Below are positions 59,742 through 64,000 of a stretch of 64,000 nt of DNA, in pieces. Position numbers and translations under genes: made by a program. Source of the DNA: Nitrososphaeria archaeon (GTDB lineage: Archaea > Thermoproteota > Nitrososphaeria > JACIWG01); NCBI GenBank assembly GCA_050011875.1, contig JBEKIG010000006.1, positions 32,001-96,000 of the forward strand, in the 5' to 3' direction. Below the pieces are notes generated by a model that saw only the letters and a list, made by a program, of their open reading frames with translations, searched no databases and was not told the origin of the DNA. Position 1 is the stretch's first letter. Every line of letters starts with the position of its first letter.

Positions 59742-60530
59742 CTAGGCCTTAAGATTTCTCTCGAAGAAGCCCACCGTGTAGTCGATCACCTTCCACTGCC
59801 ACTCCCACTTGTTGTATGTGTGATCTGCGCCATCGACAAAGAACGTTTCCTTCGGCTCACCTGCCGCATTAAACAGCTTCTCTGCATGGGAAAATGGAAC
59901 CGACTGATCTCTAGTGCCATGCACTATCAAGAGCGGCCTAGGCGATATTCTCGCAACGGCCTTTAGAACATCCTTTTTCATTGCATCAAGCAGGAAACCC
60001 CTTCCAATACGATCGCCTGCAAGCAAGTCGATGTAGTCTTCCTTAATCAGCTTATCGAAATTTGTCTCTCTGAAGATGTTTTTTGCATTTTCCTTAAACA
60101 ACCTGAGGTCAGCCGGGCTACTCCAGGTGCAGACAGCTTTGAACCTCTTATCTTTTGCAGCAGTTAACAGGGAGACCGCACCTCCCAGACTTAAGCCGAC
60201 AACTCCGATCTGCTCTTTTAAGACATCAGTTCTATCCTGAATCCAATCCAACGCATTCTCCAAGTCCTCCACTTCACGAGATACCGTCATTGAGTCGAAT
60301 GTGCCCTCACTCTCACCAGAACCTCGAAAATCGAACCGCAACACGACAAAACCTTTCCTGCAAAACTCCCTTGCCGCATAGATGAAGAGTCGATGAGATT
60401 CTATCCTGTGTCCTGTGAAGCCATGACAAAATATTATCGCTGGAGCAGGCGTCTTCTCCGGAATGTGAAGCATACCAGCGATCTTTTCTCCTCCACTTAT
60501 GAAGTTAACAAATAGTTCCTCCATGTGCAA
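59742..60530 (-). CDS. Alpha/beta hydrolase (acyl esterase/peptidase-like)
   Basis: HGFTG, FDFRGSGESEG, GLSLGG, HGTRD and GADH (Ser-Asp-His triad). Confidence 0.92.
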   Translation of the reverse strand: MHMEELFVNFISGGEKIAGMLHIPEKTPAPAIIFCHGFTGHRIESHRLFIYAAREFCRKGFVVLRFDFRGSGESEGTFDSMTVSREVEDLENALDWIQDRTDVLKEQIGVVGLSLGGAVSLLTAAKDKRFKAVCTWSSPADLRLFKENAKNIFRETNFDKLIKEDYIDLLAGDRIGRGFLLDAMKKDVLKAVARISPRPLLIVHGTRDQSVPFSHAEKLFNAAGEPKETFFVDGADHTYNKWEWQWKVIDYTVGFFERNLKA

Positions 60531-60782
60531 ATAAAGACCTTCGATAAATAAAAATATTTTGGTTCAAACGCTACACCGAAAAAGGGAGATTCTATAGCGA
60601 CATACATGATAGGGTATTGTGCGACTGTCCCAGACGCGATCGTTGAAGAGACGAAGAAAAAGGGTAAGAAATTTCTTAAGATGGACAGGAAACAGCGAAG
60701 GGAATTCCTAAAGAAGAAATTGATAGAATAAGTTCCATATTCTTTGAAAGAGCGATTCCGATGATGTGGAAAAAGGTCTAAT

Positions 60783-61058
60783 TTATTTATTGAAAGAAGT
60801 ATATAAAATTAAAGCGGTTATGGCTATCATCAGCCCCAACCAGAAGACGAGGTCGATGATTAGAGATGTAATGTCTACGCTCCATCGATCTACGGGTCCT
60901 GCGATCGTGTTTGTGGTATGCGTGCCCCAATCTAATGGAAAGCCGTAATCGGTGTGAAGGTTGTCCGGGAAATTCACAGTATTCCCCAATGTAAGTGTAA
61001 GAGTTGTCACTGCCGACAAAATTATTATAAAAGACAGCGTCAAAATATTCTTATTCAT
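60783..61058 (-). CDS. Small two-TM membrane protein
   Basis: TM, YGFPLDW loop, then TM (LIIDLVFWLG). Confidence 0.7.
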   Translation of the reverse strand: MNKNILTLSFIIILSAVTTLTLTLGNTVNFPDNLHTDYGFPLDWGTHTTNTIAGPVDRWSVDITSLIIDLVFWLGLMIAITALILYTSFNK

Positions 61059-61107
61059 ACCAGTAAAGGGAAAACTGTTTCTGCTATTTAAGTTGTATAA
61101 GACATAT

Positions 61108-61132
61108 AGGTTACCATAACTGTCGGTAACCT
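61108..61132. promoter_or_regulatory. 8-bp inverted repeat AGGTTACC-N9-GGTAACCT
   Basis: Intergenic, between two minus-strand membrane-protein genes and just upstream of a TATA-like box. Confidence 0.35.
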
Positions 61133-61172
61133 TATCAGGTTAGAGACTTAACTTTATTGACGTAGTCTTTTC

Positions 61173-61559
61173 TTACACCTTAATGGAGGGTCTCCAGCTG
61201 AGCGCGAAGGCTCCACCGATTATTCCCAATATTGCACCAACAAAAAATCCTCCCATGCCCAAGAAACTGATTATCGAGAAGACGAGTACTATGATGCCCC
61301 AGATGGTATGCTCTGATGGACGCGTATCAAGCATCACCGCAGCGATTATCACAAGTACACCGGACATTAGCCCTATAAGGGAGAGGCCCACCATGGAACC
61401 GAAGGGAAATCCAAAGCCACCCATCATTCCCCTATATCCGCCCATCATACCGAATCCTGTGAAACCGAACATCGAAAACACTGCTCCGCTTAAGACCATT
61501 AGAATGCCACCGATGAGTGACAGTATTGCTGCAAGAGTGGGCCTATTTTCTGAACTCAT
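61173..61559 (-). CDS. Multi-pass Gly-rich membrane protein (DUF6114-like)
   Basis: PTLAAILSLIGG...HTIWGIIVLVFSIISF...GAILGIIGG. Paralog of 26882-27385. Confidence 0.75.
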   Translation of the reverse strand: MSSENRPTLAAILSLIGGILMVLSGAVFSMFGFTGFGMMGGYRGMMGGFGFPFGSMVGLSLIGLMSGVLVIIAAVMLDTRPSEHTIWGIIVLVFSIISFLGMGGFFVGAILGIIGGAFALSWRPSIKV

Positions 61560-62282
61560 TTATCTTACCTAACTCTTGAAGCACGTTCCTAACATAAAAG
61601 ACTTGGCTTTTCCAGTATTAACTTTGATAGTTTTAAGAATACATTTATAGCAAATGTGTGTGTGTTTCAATAATTTTTTATCCTGTATGGTGTCACGATC
61701 TATCCCTCTTTGCATTAAGATAGATGGAACTGAAATGACTTACGACACTAACAAGATGCAGAAAGTCTATTTCACGTGATGACATGAAGTCTCTCAAAAA
61801 GTAAAGAAACAGGTCTCTTAAGGGAGGCCTTACCAAATTTTTTATTAGCAAAAGATGCAAGAGGGACTCGAACCCGTTTAGGTATGAATCCAACCCGGTC
61901 CACTTTCCAGTAAGACATCAATCCTTATGTTGAATTTTTTTCTATAAAATTTAATGTAATTATATAAAGCTGTCATAGCGTCTTCTATCTGCGGGCCCTT
62001 TCTATGATATCGAAATCTTAAAGCTTTTTCTGGGTTCAACTTAAACCTAAACGCCCTTTTTAATCGCTATCTTAGATTTTTAAAAAAATGACCTTCTCTA
62101 ATTTGACGACAGGATGCAGGGTAGAATCCCTACTCTCAGCAGTCGTAAGGCCAGAAGGCTCGTGATCAAGGCGACGGCTGTAGTTGGGCTCGGAGTGAAC
62201 CTTACAATACTCGGTCAGCTCCCCAGCAGCTCCGCGAGTATTTCACCACGACCATGTCGACCCTCTTAAGGAAGCTAGGTGG

Positions 62283-63761
62283 CTACCCTCCTTTTCTCAT
62301 GCTCCCCCGCTGTATGCAAGTGAAGAAGCCCACCGTCGCGATGACTGCGGAAACTATGAAGGCTCTCCTCATGCCCTCGACGAAGGACTCCGCGGCCACG
62401 TTCAGTTGGGGAATCGCCACGCCAATGAACAGCGAAGAAAGAAGGCCCGCGGAGGCTGCGCTGGCCACCACGGCCCCCATCAACGCGAGGCTCAGGGACT
62501 GGCCGCTGAACCTCATCGTAGCTAGCGTCCCGCTGGCGACCCCCAGCCTATCCCTCTCCACCGAGCCCATCACGGCGCTCGTGTTGGGGGAGGAGAAGAG
62601 CCCCATGCCGACGCCTATGACGAGGAGGCCGAGGATCACCTGGGTCAAAGGCGAGGAGAGGCCCAGAGTGCTCATCACGAGGAGCCCTGAGGTGATCAAG
62701 GCCATGCCCAGCGAGCTGAAGCCGCGCGACCCGAACCTGTCCGACAGCCAACCGCTGACGGGAGAGAGCAACGCCATGGAGACCGGCATCACGAGGAGCA
62801 CCAGGCCTGCCCGGAGAACGTCGTATCCAAGGATCCTCTGAAGGTAGAAGGAGATGAAGAAGCTGACCCCGAAGAAGGAGGTGTAGTTAAGCAGGGCCGA
62901 AAGGTTGGCTGCCGCGAATAGTCGATTGCCGGTGAAGAGGGAAAGGTCGAGCATGGCCTTTGTCTTCCTTCCCCTCTCGATGGCGGCAAAGGAAATCAGC
63001 AGGAGCCCGCCGGCCGTCAGTAGCCCGATTATGAAAGGCGTCTCCCAGCCCAAGAAATCCCCCAACGTCAGGCCGACGAGGACGGCGACGAGCCCGGCGG
63101 AGAACGTGCCTGCCCCTAGGAGGTCTAACCCCTTCTTGGAGCCGACGATGGGCGGTTCCTTCAGCTTGATGAGCGCGAGTACTATCACGAGCAGCCCGAT
63201 GGGCACGTTGACGTAGAAGATCGAGCGCCAGCCGTAGGCGAACGTCAGGAAGCCTCCTAGGCTGGGGCCCACCGAGAGACCCACGTAGGTGGACATTGAG
63301 TTGATCCCCAACGCCTTCCCCCTCTCACTCGCAGGGAAGGTGTCCGTGACTATCGCCGTCGACGTGGCCCCTATGAATGCCGCCCCAGCCCCCTCGATGA
63401 CCCTGAACAAGATCAGCTCGGGGCCGCTGGAAGCGTTACCGCAGAGGAAGGAGGCCACCGCGAAGATGGCGAAGCCAGAGACGAAGATCGGCTTCCTTCC
63501 CCTACTGTCGGAGAGCCTCCCCAAGCTCAGGAGGAGCACGGTCAAAGCGACAAGGTACGAAGTAGGTACCCATATGACCGCCTCGTAGCCCATCTTCAGC
63601 CCTTCGGCGATGGAGGGCAGAGAAACGCTCACTATGGTGCTGTCGAGCGGCGCCATGAAAGCCCCGATGGACGTTATCAGGAGCACAATCCACTTGTACA
63701 GCCCCCCCTGTTCTGCCCTCACAAAGTCGCGGTCGACGAGGGAAAAACGCTTCTTTGTCAT
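62283..63761 (-). CDS. MFS transporter, DHA2/EmrB-QacA type (14 TM)
   Basis: LDSTIVSVSLP, GRLSDSRGRK (motif A), WRSIFYVNVPIG and LDL.G motifs. Confidence 0.93.
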   Translation of the reverse strand: MTKKRFSLVDRDFVRAEQGGLYKWIVLLITSIGAFMAPLDSTIVSVSLPSIAEGLKMGYEAVIWVPTSYLVALTVLLLSLGRLSDSRGRKPIFVSGFAIFAVASFLCGNASSGPELILFRVIEGAGAAFIGATSTAIVTDTFPASERGKALGINSMSTYVGLSVGPSLGGFLTFAYGWRSIFYVNVPIGLLVIVLALIKLKEPPIVGSKKGLDLLGAGTFSAGLVAVLVGLTLGDFLGWETPFIIGLLTAGGLLLISFAAIERGRKTKAMLDLSLFTGNRLFAAANLSALLNYTSFFGVSFFISFYLQRILGYDVLRAGLVLLVMPVSMALLSPVSGWLSDRFGSRGFSSLGMALITSGLLVMSTLGLSSPLTQVILGLLVIGVGMGLFSSPNTSAVMGSVERDRLGVASGTLATMRFSGQSLSLALMGAVVASAASAGLLSSLFIGVAIPQLNVAAESFVEGMRRAFIVSAVIATVGFFTCIQRGSMRKGG

Positions 63762-64000
63762 CGCTATCTATCAGATGAACTAAGGCGATAAAAAAGCTTT
63801 GGCCCTTCCTTGCCCTTCACGAGCAATCTGCCCTGCAAGTCGATCTGGGTGGAACGGGCCGAGGTTTCTATTGATAGGCTATTTGCATTATATACTATGC
63901 TATTGGTCTAGACCGAGTTTATGACAACAGGAAGATGGAAGGGTGTAATGGAATTGGTAGGGTTCCTAATACGCTGGAATCCTTCGAGTTCTGATGGTCT

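Noticed and set aside
60606-60731. 41-aa basic ORF MIGYCATVPDAIVEETKKK...
   Set aside because: Protein-like, but probably the 3' remnant of a lost gene; too short to call.
61854-61919. Functional tRNA gene
   Set aside because: Too short, and the T and anticodon stems do not pair fully. Kept only as a low-interest relic.
62254-63693. Several plus-strand ORFs overlapping the MFS gene
   Set aside because: Expected from stop-codon scarcity in GC-rich DNA; they are antisense to a clear transporter.

Overview
Archaeal chromosomal segment, most likely from a TACK-group lineage such as Bathyarchaeia. This is inferred from TATA/BRE-type promoters, a stand-alone 77-aa Lrp/AsnC protein, an archaeal-type DnaK and TTG/GTG starts. 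The core-like part holds grpE-dnaK-dnaJ, a MgtA-type P-ATPase, tdh-kbl, many sugar and redox enzymes, and a Tat-signal Fe-S subunit with an AOR-family oxidoreductase. Accessory DNA comprises: an AT-rich tyrosine-recombinase patch (~1.5-4.2 kb); a single-gene cassette between perfect 21-bp direct repeats (28.6-30.2 kb); a divergent wHTH / ParB-like pair; a defence island made of an NTPase-(HEPN-like)-TIR reading frame broken by one in-frame TGA plus a complete type I RM system; and a GC-rich MFS gene. The two strongest leads are (1) a coupled operon of a short, apparently hinge-less SMC5/6-type ATPase, a kleisin-like protein and a KITE-like protein (33423-36782), and (2) the NTPase-HEPN-like/TGA/TIR locus (49411-52881). 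No rRNA, intact tRNA or CRISPR array was seen. All family calls come from reading motifs by eye; no searches were run.
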